A stretch of DNA of 64,000 bases from Callorhinchus milii (GCF_018977255.1 NW_024704742.1:68760001-68824000), one strand, 5' to 3'. Positions 50,125-62,994 are shown, counted from the stretch's first letter. Translations and numbers: made by a program. The notes: generated by a model not told the origin, from the sequence alone.

Positions 50125-50362
50125 CATTGGGGCAGGGAATCCTCCCACTCAACTCCTGTTAACCCAGCAAGCCAAAGCCTTAATTGGTAGGGTGGTCCTA
50201 GCTGGATAAATAGTGGGAAGCTTGCCATAAGTGCTCTCAATGGCAATCTATGCAGTTTTAGCTGATTGAAATCCAGCAGTTACCCCAACCCACGCTCTGG
50301 GGTTCCCAAGCCTTGGCTCACCCAACCTGTGCCTAATACTCTCCAGAATTTGTAAACAGAAT
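50125..50362 (+). repeat. Unclassified repeat 'X' body (may extend further upstream)
   Basis: Collinear with 995-1090 and 15550-15780. Confidence 0.75.
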
Positions 50363-50454
50363 GTATCTATGTGCTTGTCTAATTCTCTTTTAAATTCTCT
50401 ACCTTAGTTAAAAGAGCGGAACCATGCAGAGATTGCAAAAGGAAGGGGTTGTAT

Positions 50455-50817
50455 ATAATAATAATAATCCTTTCATTCGATAAAGCGCCTTATCACATCG
50501 TTGAGATGTCTCAAAAGCGCTTCACAGAATATACTGTAAAGTGAATTGACTATATTTTGTGGGTGAAACGGGGCAGCCAATTGTGCACAACCATGTCCTA
50601 CAAACAGTCGTGGATTGAGTGACCACATTTTTTTTAAAAGGGATTATTACCCCTGGAAAGCGATCCGCCAATCGACTAACAACCGGGTTCCTACTTACTG
50701 CTAGGTAAACAGGCGTGTGGAGTAAGGAAACATGCTTAATGTTTCACCCTGCCCTGGAATCAAACCCGGGTCCTTTCACTTGTGAGGCGAGTGCTCTAAT
50801 CACTACACACTGGACTC
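50455..50817 (-). mobile_element. Full-length tRNA-derived SINE, long subfamily
   Basis: Reverse-complement head gagtccagtgtgtagtgattagagcactcgcctcacaagtgaaaggacccgggtttgattcc; (ATT)n tail. Confidence 0.92.
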
Positions 50818-51313
50818 AATGTATAATAAGAATTGCAGAAATGGCCTATTTTAATACATACCTAGAAATTTAGGAACAGCAGAAAGCCATTTGGTTCATT
50901 GAGCCCAATCCTTCACAGACCATTCCATATCACCATGCACTGCCACCTCCACTAATCCTTCTTCCATGCTTTCTCACGAATACCCATTAATAGCCTAGCT
51001 ATTGATAGCAGCATATATTACTGTGGGAGATCGTTCAGCTGAATAACCTTTTAACTGCAGCTGTCAGCAACATCAGGAGACCTCTCTCACAGGGCTGGCA
51101 GGTTAATGCTGACACAGGGCGACTGGGACGTAGGAATGTCCATGGCAACGCAGCATTTTCACTGCCAGTCAATCACTATATTTCGCAGCAAAATGGCAAT
51201 GGTGGGAATTCATAGTTATGGGTTTCATACATGTCATTAAACTAATGGACATTGCTGTGCGCAATTGGCTGGTGCGTTTCATCGACAAAATGCAGTCATT
51301 CCACTTTATCAGT

Positions 51314-51594
51314 GGAGTCCTGTAGCTCAGTGGTTAGAGTACTCGCGAATTCCCAGCAGGGTGAAACCTTGAGCAAGTTTCCTTACTCCACACACCTGAT
51401 AATAATCCCTCAAGAAAATAAAACAATAATAAATTAGTCACTTCACACCACTGCTGTTTGTGGGACACTGCTGTGCGCAATTGGCTGCCGCATTTCACCC
51501 TCAAATATACAGTCAATTCACTTTACAGTCTATTCTGTGAAGCACTTTTCTAGAAGATGTGAAAAACACTATATCAAATGCAAGGATTATTATT
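51314..51594 (+). mobile_element. tRNA-derived SINE, short subfamily
   Basis: ggagtcctgtagctcagtggttagag head, cctgataataatccc short junction, tctagaagatgtgaaaa tail variant. Confidence 0.88.
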
Positions 51595-53169
51595 AATGTC
51601 TGCCACCTAGATGTGGCTGAATACAAAGGTGTTCTGATGGTGTCTGCAATCATGTTACTGCTTACAAGCATGTGCGCCCAGTCTTTGTAGATAAAACAAG
51701 TCATTCACTTCATGGCTGCATGTGGGACATTGCTGTGCGCAAATTAGCTGCTACAGTCATTGTAATTTACAACAAATCCAATGAAGTGCTTTGAGACTTT
51801 TGAGACTTTTTGAAAGCGTGATAAGGGGTGATATCAAATGCAAGTATTATTACAATAATAATAATTAACATATTTGCTCGTGATTACCACTTTTCCCCAT
51901 ACTTATAGAAAATATTGAAATTTCAGTTATTTATAATTTTTATAATTTTATAATATTTATAATTCCAGTTTTAAACTGCCAGTTCAGCTCCGAAGAGACC
52001 CATCTTACTCCCCCCAGGGAGGATAATTACTAGTTGGTCGTTCAACATCCGATAAGTGCGAGTTTGAGCCCTCACTCACTAGGTGGATGGGAGGTACAAA
52101 GATCTCCCTGTGAACTTCCCAATGGGCAAAGTATCTCAGCATGAATTACAATACAATACAAAATTACATTTTATATTGGATAGCGCTTTTCACATCGGGA
52201 GGATGTCTCAAATACATGAAACCATTGCTACCATCTTCCAACAACTGGAACAGAGTGCTAGGGGTGCACTGCATTGTTGGACATGCAATCCTCTGAATGA
52301 GTTAAACCGAGATCCCATCTACCTGATCTCATGGCACTATTTGAAAAGAATAAGAATAGCATGTCCTGGCCAACAATCCCCCAGATAAAATTGGTCATTG
52401 ACTTTGTGGTGGTTTGACGACAGTGGAAATAATCTATGTCTGTTTATCCTGTTATGACCTTTCGTAATCTTGAAAAACTCCAACATGTGAATTTTTAAAA
52501 ATTCTTAAATCCAATCTGAACTTGCAAGCCATTTATCCACAATTCTTTTCAGAGGCCAGAAATCTACTCAATCTTACCTGGTTAATCTCTGGTACTCCAT
52601 CCCTGAATCCCCCCACCTCTGACTTGCACCCTGCCTCACCTCATAAGGTCTGTCTCAAGACCTACCTCCTAGACCTCATTTTCAGTCATCTTTCCCTTTC
52701 CCAACCACCTCAGCTCCCGCTCACAGCTCAGATGCCATTATTGTTAAGCCCCAAGGACCTCCTCCCAACATTAAAGACATTGTATAAATGTAAATTTGTA
52801 TTGTATTGCAACATAATTTTGTCTTAAAAAAAATCAGTCAACCTTCATAAAGAACCCGGTTCGTTTTGACAATTGGGAGAACCGATTTCTAAATTAATCC
52901 TGAATTTAAGAAATATTCAAAAATTTTGCAAAATCTTAAATGTTAAGACAATGATCTAAAAGTTAAGTTCACAAGAACATTTTGGGCCATTGATCTCCAT
53001 ACCTCCACCTTCACCCATTCCCTTGCTCGGTATCCAAACCCATCCTTGTATTTGCACTCTGAGACCTGAAGAGCGCAATATGACGATTTTGTGTTCAATG
53101 ACCACGACTGGACAGTGTGGGTGTAACATTGGAGAGTGAGCACAGGATCAAACTCAGTGATGCTCATGC

Positions 53170-53480
53170 CCAGTGGGCAGGGTGGTCCTCGCTGGACAAG
53201 CAGTAATGGCAAGCTATGCGGTTTTAGATGGTTAGACTCCAGCAGTACTCCAGCGCACATTCTTGCCTTGGCTCTTGCCAACCTGCGCCTAATACTTCAC
53301 GGAATTAGGTAAGCAGGATGCGCCCCTCCAGGGAGAGAGTGTGCATTCTTTTCCAACAATCTATCTCTGGGATTTCTATGTGTAGGTGGGATGCATGGAA
53401 TTCTCAGTTTGGTTTGGATACTCTTAAGCATGGGGATGGGTTCCCAGATGTATCAGACACCCGCCTGTCAAACAAAAAAG
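53170..53480 (+). repeat. Unclassified repeat 'X', best-preserved 3' portion
   Basis: agggtggtcctcgctggacaagcagt...cctgcgcctaatac...ggaattctcagtttggtttggatactcttaagcatggggatgggttcccagatgtatcagacacccgcctgtcaaacaaaaaa. Confidence 0.82.
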
Positions 53481-54069
53481 CTCACACAATGGGCATTTGA
53501 ATACTGAGGACCCAGTGGTGTGGGAGCTTCCCTAAACACACCCCTCCAATTCTGTTAGAGGATTCTGGTCGTCAGAAGATTGGCAGCAACATGTATCAGC
53601 TACATGAAGGGAGGCAGGTAGTGGGTGTCTGATAAGACAGCTTGTCTGCTCAGTTGTATCTGCTCTGATATAATGGAGCATCATGGTGCAGCATTAAGGA
53701 GCCAGTCTTCAGAACATCAAATATAGCATTGAAGACAAGTTGGTATAATTTGCAAACATCCGACATTCTGCTTCGAGGACTTTCATCCAGATTATTCACA
53801 AGTTACAAACAGCGTGGGGGCACAACGGCTTATTTCTCTGCTCCTTGTTATCCAGCCAACTAATTGCCCAATTTGTAACTTTACATTTGATCTTGCGAGG
53901 AGGCATTTCATGCTGCGCTGCTGTTGCATGTCTGGTGAGTGAGCAGCCTTGAATTTACCAGCAATGTGCTGGCATCTGTGCAGTGTCAGTGAGGTTGTTA
54001 GATTATGTCCATTACATATTGCAGTGCTGTTCCTTGCACACACATGGAAGAGATATGGCAGATCACGTT

Positions 54070-54362
54070 CCATGGATAATAATCCTTTCCAAAAAAATAA
54101 TAATAATAATAATTTAGTCACTCATTCCATGACTGTTTATGGGACACTGCTGTGCGCAATTGGCTGCTGCGTTTCACCCATAAAATACACAGAATATTCA
54201 CATTACAGTATATTCTGTGAACCACTGTGAGATGTCTCAACAACCGTGATAAGGCTCTTTATTAAATGCAAGGATTATTCTTATAGTTTCAGGAGGAATA
54301 ATAATAATATTCCTTGCATTTAATATAACTCCTTATCACGTTGTTGCGACATCTCAAAGGGC
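54070..54362. mobile_element. Two SINE 3' fragments tail-to-tail (+ at 54070-54292, - at 54297-54362)
   Basis: aaatgcaaggattatt followed within ~25 bp by aataatattccttgcattt. Confidence 0.8.
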
Positions 54363-54411
54363 TTTAGGTAGAAAGCCCTCATTTCCCCTCCGATTCCACC
54401 ATTACACAAAG

Positions 54412-54840
54412 GCCTAGCTTTTTGGACCTATATTCTCTAGAATATAGAAGAATTAGAGGGGATCTTATAGAAACCTATAAAATCATCAAAGGGCATGATA
54501 GAGTAAATAGTGGGAGATTGTTTCCCTGGTTGGAGAAACTAAAACCAGGGGTCACAACCTTAAAATCAGAGGCAGCCCTTTCGCACTGAGTTGAGGAAGA
54601 ACTTCTTCACTCAAAAGGTGGTGCATGTATGGAATTCATTACCCCAAAGGGCTGTTGACGCTCAGTTCTTGAACATATTCAAGACTGAGATAGATAGATT
54701 TCTTATTGCAAAAGGGATTAAGGGATACGGGGTCAAGGCAGGGTCAGGTTATTAGCTGGAGTTAGATTAGAAGATCAGCCATGATTGAATGGCGGGGCAG
54801 GCTCGAAGGGCCGAATGGCCTACTCCTGCTCCTACATGTT
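54412..54840 (+). mobile_element. CR1 LINE 3' fragment with terminus
   Basis: ctatattctctagaatatagaagaattagaggggatcttatagaaacctataa is near-identical to 5382-5433; ends gaatggcctactcctgctcct. Confidence 0.9.
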
Positions 54841-55914
54841 AAAACTCCCAATACATTGCTGGGGGGAGCACTGCATTGTTGGAGATGCCATCCTTTGAAT
54901 CAGACATTAAATCGAGGTCCCACCTGTGCCGTGTTTAGGTGGACGTTAAAGATTCTGTGGCACTATTCAAAAGGAGAAGGGAGTTTCTCCCAAATTGTAC
55001 AATACAAAACAAATTTACATTTATATAGTGCCTTTCATATCAGGAGACATCCCAAGGCATTGGATAGTCTAAGGTTTGCATCTGAACAGGGAATGGGGGC
55101 AAGAGGGTTGGTTGGGGGAGGGGGAGAAGATGGTCAAAGATGAAGGTCTCGAGGTGGACGTAGAAGGAGGCAAGGGAAGAAGCGAGTTGAAGGGATGAAG
55201 TTCTAAAGCATGGGGGGGGTGGGTGGGGGCAGCTACCCTATGTTGCTCTCCTCTGCACTTCTCTAGGGCCTCCTTGTATCAATGGCGACCAGAACTGGAT
55301 GCAGCGATCACTGCACTGGTGGGTGATTACCTGTGAAACACTTGGAGATGTTACAACAACAACAACAACTTGTATTTATATAGTCCCTCATGCAGGATAG
55401 TTTTCCCAGAGTGCTTGACAGTGGCGTTGCACAATGCCGAGCCAGGGGAGGGGGAGGTGACCCCTCCAATTCTGTTAGAGGATTCTGGTCATCAGAAGAT
55501 TCAGAGGTTCCTTCTTTGTATTTATGTTCTAAATTCTCCGTTAAATCCACAACCTTGGATTTGCTATAATGCTCCCATCGAGTGGTTCATTTGCACTCTC
55601 TCTTGTGTCCTTAAAACATCGCACTTTGTTTCATCAGACGCCCATTTTGATACCAATTTATCTTTGCCATTTCTTCTCTAATTGCCTTAACCTTCAGACT
55701 CCTGTCTCTGTGGGCTGACCGGTTCTCCACATCCTCCGCTACACACTGACAAAATACTTTAATGGCAATGAAAGCTATTCAGATGTGATGGCAACTTTAT
55801 TGCTGGCTTATTAACCTGAGCCCTCAATAAAAAGACAAAAAAATGCAGACCTGAAATTGTGTGGCTGGCTCACTCTCGTTTTGAGTCAGAAGTTCAGGGT
55901 TCATCAGGACTTCA

Positions 55915-56032
55915 AGTGTGTGTATACAGGCTGTGTGTGTATGTTTGCATGTGTCTGTGTGTACAGGATGTGGATATGTGTATATTTGTATTTACAGGAT
56001 GTGGGCATGTGTGTATTTGTGTGTATGGGATG
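55915..56032. repeat. Degenerate TG-rich mini/microsatellite
   Basis: Repeated tgtgtgta / tacaggatgtgg units. Confidence 0.8.
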
Positions 56033-57004
56033 TGGAATCATGTAGCGTTGTAGCTAACATGCTCGCCTCGTAAGCATGAGGGTCTGGCTTCGATTCCCGG
56101 GCAGAGCAGGAGAGGGCAAAATGTTGGGCAAGTTTCCTAACTCCACACACCTCTGTTTACCTAAAAATAATAATTTGGTCCCTGTTGTGCGCAATTGAGT
56201 GCCACGTTTCGCTCACAAAATAAACAGTCAATCCACTTTACAGTTCATCCTATGAAGCGCCTTGAGACATCTCAAAGACATGATAAGGCGCTTATTATTA
56301 TTATAGTCTAGGATGATGTTCCTCGCAGCGCTGCATTGTCAGAGTTCCCGTCCTTCAGATGAGATGTTAAACCGAGGTCCCATCTGTCTGTTCAGGTAGA
56401 TGTTAAAGATCCTGAGGCACTATTTGAAAAGGGAATGGGGGTTTTTGTCCTAGTGTTCTGGCCAATAATCCTCCAGATAATCCTGCAGATTAAAACAAAA
56501 TTGGTTATTCGCTTATTCCTGGTTGCAGGACATTGCTGTGCGCAAATTGGCTGCTGGTCTTGCCTACAAAATATACAGAGTCTCTACAATTTATAATAAA
56601 TCCCGTGAAGTGCTTTGAGATGTCTCGACAACATGATAAGGTGCTGTGTCAGATGCAAGGATAATATAATAATAATCCTTGCATTTGATATAATGCTTTG
56701 TCACATCGTTGAGACATCTGAAAGTGCTTCACAGAATGTATTGTAAAGTGGATTGACTGTGTATTTTGTGGGCAAAACACAGCAGCCAATTACGCACTTA
56801 TTTATTTTATTTTTTTGGATGGGATTATTATGCCCAGAAAGAGATTCAACAATCAACTAATGACCGGGTCCCTACTCACTGCTAAGTAAAATGAGGCATG
56901 AATAAGGGAATAGGAAACTTGCCTAAGATTTCGCCCTGCCTGTGAATTGAACCCAATCCACTCCTTACGAGGTGAGCATGCTAAACGGTTTGCTACAGGA
57001 CTCC
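56033..57004. mobile_element. SINE cluster: tRNA SINE (+, 56033-56303), Deu SINE (+, 56310-56665), tRNA SINE (-, 56668-57004)
   Basis: B box gcttcgattccc; Deu motif gatgagatgttaaaccgaggtcccatctg; reverse head tgctacaggactcc at 56991-57004. Confidence 0.85.
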
Positions 57005-57959
57005 ATCATAATAATTATAACTAATGTAGCATTCAATGATCTTAAGAGAGCTTGCATTGAAACAAACGTGCAGCCAGAGTCTTAACTGGGATGAGACTGA
57101 GTGATCATTTGAACTTTAAACCATGCTTGCACTTTGGAGCTGGGTGACCACACAGCTGTCTGGCATAAGAGCTCTCATAACAATCTGCATCTTGTCCCAG
57201 TTTCCGGGTCACGTTCTCAATCAGTGATCCATTTGTGCTATTTTTAACTAGTGGCCATTCCCACAGGCGATGGAGAACGTGCCAGTTCATTCGTCAAGAT
57301 TAACCGATCTTTTGATGCTTCTCTTCTCTAAGCTGCACACATCCCAAAAGGATAAGCCTTTAAACAATTTATTTCTGAGGCACCAATTTGTAAAGTGTGT
57401 TCAGTGAAAGAAAGCTTTCTTTTTTATATCTTATAAAGATAACCTGTCAGAGTTATCCTTTCACAGCTCGGCCGATGGCTAATTACACGTTCATGCATCT
57501 GAACCCTGGAGCTGGGCAGCGTTGATGAACACTGCAGCCTTTCATGCCGGGTGCTGCCTTGACATTTTCTACCAATTGCCCTTTTGTGAAGCTGAAAGAG
57601 AGAAGAGCCGTAAAGTCACTGTGATGCTATTAATCGGAGAGGACGAGAAAGAGAGGCGCTGTGTTGATGGAGAATGTAACGTTAAACTGAGGTGCTGGCT
57701 GCTTGTTTGGGAGGATTTTGAAGGTCCCATGGACAATAGTTCATATAGAAAGAAATTGCTCCCACTATCTTGGCCAACAATGCCCCAGATTAATCAATCA
57801 TCCACCTCATAGTTGTTTATGAGATTTCACTCTGTGTGAAATAGCTGTCCTTTGCCTGCACTTGACAGCAGTTGCTGTGAAGCACTTTTGGATGATATGG
57901 AACCATATTATAGCATCCTCTGGTATAGCACGGCCTCTCTCGCTTAGAGCATGGGTTTA

Positions 57960-58530
57960 ACCCTGGCTCAGTTGATAGCAACCTTGTCTCTGAGACAGAA
58001 GGTTTTGGGTTCAAGCCGCACATTGGGACTTGGAACTCATATTGCCTAACCTGTCACTCCAGTCATTTGTATGAAATATTAAACCAAGGTCCCATCTGCC
58101 TGTTGTTCAGGTGGATGTTAAAGAATTCCACGACACTATTCGAAAAGAGAAGGGGGTTTAAATCCCCCAAATAAATCCTCCAAATAATATTGTTCGCTCA
58201 CTCCATGGCTGTTGATGGGATATTGCTGTGTGCAAATTGGCTGCCATGTTCACCCAGTAAATACAACAACAACAACAAAGATTGCATTTATAGAGCGCCT
58301 TTCACGTCGGGAGGACGTCCCAAGGCGCTGGACAGTTGGGTCGGGACCCAAGCAGGGGGGAAATGGTCAGGTGAAGGGAGGGAAGGGAGGGAGCGAGGAG
58401 GGGGTAGAGAGTTGAGAGGGGAGAGAGTTGTTGTTGCTGTTGTAAACACACAATCCATGATTTTAGAGTATATCCTGTACAGCGTTTTGAGACTTCCTCC
58501 GAAAATGAAAGCAGTTGTACAAGTGTAAAC
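57960..58530 (+). mobile_element. Deu-domain SINE interrupted by a short L2 3' end (-) at 58262-58443
   Basis: ctggctcagttgatagc...tctgagacagaaggttttgggttcaagcc head; insert near-identical to 9258-9420; SINE tail resumes at ~58444. Confidence 0.82.
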
Positions 58531-59077
58531 CTGAAATGAGACACAGCCAACTTCTTGTAATAAAATATGTTTACTTTCCAGATTGTCAGGTGATTGCTGA
58601 TCTCTCTTTCTGTCCTTGCGCTCTCTCTCCCTGTGTATTTTGCCAATAAAATATAGTCAATCCACTTTACATTATATCCTGTGAAGCGCTTTCAGACGTC
58701 TCAATGACGTGATAAGACACTACATCAAATGCAAGGATTATTCTTATTATTATGTACATGTGCACTATTCACAGGAAATGCCGTTCACATCAGTTCATGA
58801 ATTAATTTGTTATCCCTAGTTACCTATTTAGAAGAAGGAAAGAACTTGCATTTTTACTGTGTCTCCCACAGGGAAACCTGCTTATATCACGATCAGCTGC
58901 GTCCCACCAACAGCCTTATAACAGAGGCACAAAAAAATGGCCAACCTGAAAGTCGCCAGGTCACCACTGACATCAATTTGCATCTGATAATTATCACATC
59001 AAATATTACACTTGCATTTATACAGCGCCCTGACCAAACAAAAATATTTCTTATTACAATACATTATTCTCCTTAGA

Positions 59078-59430
59078 TCAGAGAAGGTTGAGGAGAGATT
59101 TACTAGAGGTGTTCAAAATTATGAGAGACTTTATTAGAGTAGATAAAGAGAAACTGTTTCCTCTGGCAGGTGGGTCAATCACCAGAGGACACAGATTTAA
59201 GATAATTGGCAAAAGAATCAGAGGGTAAACCAGGAGATTGTTTTTTACCCAGAGAATGGTTACGATCTGGAATGCACCTGCTGAAAGGGTGGTGGAAGTT
59301 AATTTGATAGTAACTTCCAAAAGGGAAATCCAGCTTAAAAAGGAAATATTTGTAGGGCTATGGGGTAAGAGCGGGGGAGTGGGACTAGTTGGATAGCTCT
59401 TTCAAAGAGTGGCACAAGCATGATAGACCA
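59078..59430 (+). mobile_element. CR1 LINE 3' fragment
   Basis: Reads QRRLRRDLLEVFKIMRDFIRVDKEKLFPLAGGSITRGHRFKIIGKR. Confidence 0.88.
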
Positions 59431-59714
59431 TCAAATCCTCAGGATGCTACAGACAAGATATAAGCAAAGTCCTTTGGGAGGTTTCAGATGTAGAGTTATT
59501 GCTCACTTAAAGGGCCAGGATTGATGGACATGCCTGAGGACATTGGCAAGTCGTGACTCACCCTCTGGTGCTAGCTTTCCATGCTCTGGGCAATCCCAAG
59601 GGACAATTTACTGAGACATCTGTTCCTGCACTTGCTTGTCCATGCCTCTGACTATGTCCTTCTGTCATATAATCTCTTGCTCAGCTGAGTCATAAATAAC
59701 ACAGCAAAGTCTGA

Positions 59715-60105
59715 TTAATAATCCTTATATTAGATATGATGACTTTCATGTCAAGAGGGCATCTCAAGGCTTCACGTGAGTGTCTGAGTTAACTGTGTTA
59801 ATATATGTAGGCGAACGAGGCATCCAATTTGCATGCAGAAGTGTGTCAGAATGAAGTGAATAACCGATTCTATCTGTAAGATTGTTGGCCAGGCCACTGG
59901 GAAAAACTTCTTTTTCCTTTTAAGTAGTGAAATGGGATCTTTAAGGTCCACCTGAACAGGCAGAGACAGGACCTTGAATTTAATGTCTCAGCCAAAGGAT
60001 GGCAGCTCCAACAATACAGCACATCCCCAACACTGTATTGGAGTATCAGGCTGGATAATGTGAGCTTAAACCCACAACCTTCTGACTTAGAGGCAATACT
60101 GAACC
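59715..60105 (-). mobile_element. Deu-domain SINE
   Basis: attgttggccagg, gggatctttaaggtccacctgaacaggcag and cccacaaccttctgactt are reverse complements of family motifs. Confidence 0.78.
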
Positions 60106-61074
60106 AGGACACACAAACTGACATACTGAAGGATTTACAAGAGAATGTAAATAACAATAACTTGGTGTTTATTTCACGTGATGATAAATGTCTCAGAACA
60201 CTTTAGGGAACATAATGGATTATCAGCGAAAGTGAACGATGACCAACAGAAAAGAAGCTAATGAATTCATTTGAGTTGGGGAATAAATCTGGAATTAAAT
60301 TGGGAGAATAAAAACACGTTCTATTGAATAGCCACAGTAGCCTGAATTGTGTCAGAAAGGATGTTTACCGATAACGTTCTATGCTAAAAAATAATTAAAA
60401 CATCACCAGTGGAATGGACCCTAGATTTACACCAGTCTGTATATAGTTGGCGTATAGATGTTCCCCTGACTTCCAGCGCTGACTAGGTACTTCCTGAGCT
60501 TAAAGATGGTCGGCTTCCAGGTAGTTAGGTCATTGTTGATTGTCACTTCCTGAACAAGATGAACCTCCCCATCCCCCAATAGACCCCCATCCCTCCTCGA
60601 TCAGAACTGGCAGAGTGCTAGGTAACTGCATGTGGAGTAAGGGAATTTCGCCCCAGCTGGGAATCAAACCCAGCTCCTCTTGTGAGCCCTCTAACTACTA
60701 CATTACAGGACTCCAATCCTAGAGCCACACAGATATATAGCATCAGAAAGAAGTGATGACTTCTACCCAGGAGAATGGCAGAAAGTTACAGTCTGATGTT
60801 ATCTCCTTTAAAATGAAGAGAATTTATATTGATGGCAATTTTGGCTTGGTATAAAAGGAATGGGTTTTTGTGGCTTTCTGCACTAAGATTAGATTGAGCA
60901 GAACTTGTGTGGAACACTCTGACCTATTTTCTCTTTTTTGGATGCAGCAAAGTCGTTTATGATACACGTGCCTATTTGGTGGTATTTGTGAAAGATATTA
61001 CATTTTGGGGGATTATAGAAAATAACAAAAGTTAATTAAAAAAAACCTCAATTTGAGCCACTAGATTCTTTATT

Positions 61075-61355
61075 TCTCTTTTTTGTCTCTTTCTGCTTCT
61101 CTCTCTCTTTCTCTTTGTCTTTCTCTCTTTCTCTATTTGTCTCTTGTTCTTTGTAGCTCCAGACACTTTCTTTTTTCCTTTTTCATTATTTCTCACCCTC
61201 TCTATTTTCTCTATGTATTTCTCCTTTTCTCTTTCTCTATTTTCTCTTTCTTCTATGTATTTCTATTTCTCTCTCTATTTCTCTCTTCCTTTCTTTCTAT
61301 TTTTCTCTCCATTTGTTCCTCTGTTTATTGCTCTTTGTTTCTCTCTTTCACTCTG
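61075..61355. repeat. CT-rich low-complexity tract
   Basis: About 280 bp dominated by T and C (tctctttctctatttt variants). Confidence 0.9.
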
Positions 61356-61974
61356 TCAGGCTTTTAACTAAAGGCTATTTTTCCAAAATTTTTATGACAA
61401 TAGAAAACCCCACTTCCTTATAAAGATGCAAACAACAAAGTTCCAAACCAGCTTCACACCCAAAACTCTAATCATTCTTTTCAGTCACTGATCGACCAGT
61501 TATGGATTTCCACCTTTATTGTGGTTTTATTCCCAAGTCTCCCATCTCAATTTGAAAAGAGAAAGGAGTTTTTCTTGTTGTCCTGGCCAACAATCCTCCA
61601 GATAAATATTGGTCATTCACTTGTGCAACATTGTTGTGGGCAAACTGTACTGGGCAATATACACGTTATTAAGTTATTTGAAAGGTTTTGACGACGTGAT
61701 CAAGTGCTATATCAAACACTATTTTATTAGTAATAATTGTTGCTTTTGATATGGTGTCTTTTCTGCTATGAGAATGTCTTGTCACATTTTCTGTGGATTC
61801 TGTGGATTTTATGTGGAGTGACTGTATATCTTGTAGGAAATGGGGCAGCCAATTTCCACAACAATGTACCAAAATCACCCCTGAAATGAATGATCATATT
61901 ATCTAGCACTGTACTGGAATTTTGCATGTACAGTACCCACCCTTTCCTATTGGATGCCCCAAATTACATGAACC

Positions 61975-62389
61975 GATCTAAAGCATTGGTTTGAGCACTG
62001 GCCTTGCACACGAGAGGACCCGGATTCAACTCCCAGGCGGGGCGAAACCTTAGGAAAGTTTCTTACTCCACACCCCTCCGTTTTCCTAGGAATAAGTAAG
62101 AACTTGGTCGTTAGTTGATTGGCGGATCGCTTTTACGGGAGTAATAATCCCTTCAAGAAAATAATAATAAAAAATAATAATAATAATTTCCTGGGGATAA
62201 TAAGCCCTTCAAAAAAAATTTGATCACTCAATCCACGATGTTTGTAGGACATTGCTGTGTGCAATTGGCTGCCATGTTTTGCCGACAAAATATACAGTCA
62301 ATTCACTCTACAGTATATTCTGTGAAGCATTATGAGACGTCTCAAAGACACGATGAGGTGCTATATCAAATGTAAGGATTATTATTATT
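61975..62389 (+). mobile_element. tRNA-derived SINE, long subfamily, with an internal duplication of the taataatcccttcaa block
   Basis: gagaggacccggattcaactccc head, gcgaaaccttagg body, tail aaatgtaaggattattattatt. Confidence 0.85.
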
Positions 62390-62994
62390 GAATTCATGTT
62401 TGCTAATGCAGTACACATAACTTTGACCCCTGTCTAGCCTGGCACAGTGGTAGAATGTTGCCTTGTCAAATGTCATTCAGATGAGACGTCAACCAAGATC
62501 CCATCTGCCTGTTTAAAGATCTAATGACATGGCAGGATCAGCAGGGACACAATGGGCTGAATGGCTTCCTTTCTTTGCTATAATTTCTATTGTGTCTTTC
62601 CTTCTCCCAACGTTACAGGACAACTGTACCAGCAACGTCTCCTGGGAATTTCCAAATGCTTGCGGTCTCTAGGACGTGTTGCTTTACAGTGAGGAATTTA
62701 CAAGAAAGGCCGAGGATTTGATCCAGTTGAATGAAGCAGAGACAGGTTGTGCTATTTATTGTGATTGAATGTTCTTCCCTCCCGCTCCAGGGTTTCTTGC
62801 ACCTATCTAATTTTGCATCACAAGTTACAGTGTCAGACACAGTCACAATGTCACCTTGGAAACGTTACCAATTACACAGCTTGGAAGGATCCAGTGTTGG
62901 AAGTATCACTTCACAAAAGATCATTTGTATATCAAAATACCTCCACCCCCTCAATCTTTGTGACCATACCTTTGGCCAACATACAATGTACAAT

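Noticed and set aside
61083..61371. Hydrophobic F/L/S-rich ORFs resembling membrane proteins
   Set aside because: Translation of a CT-rich low-complexity tract.
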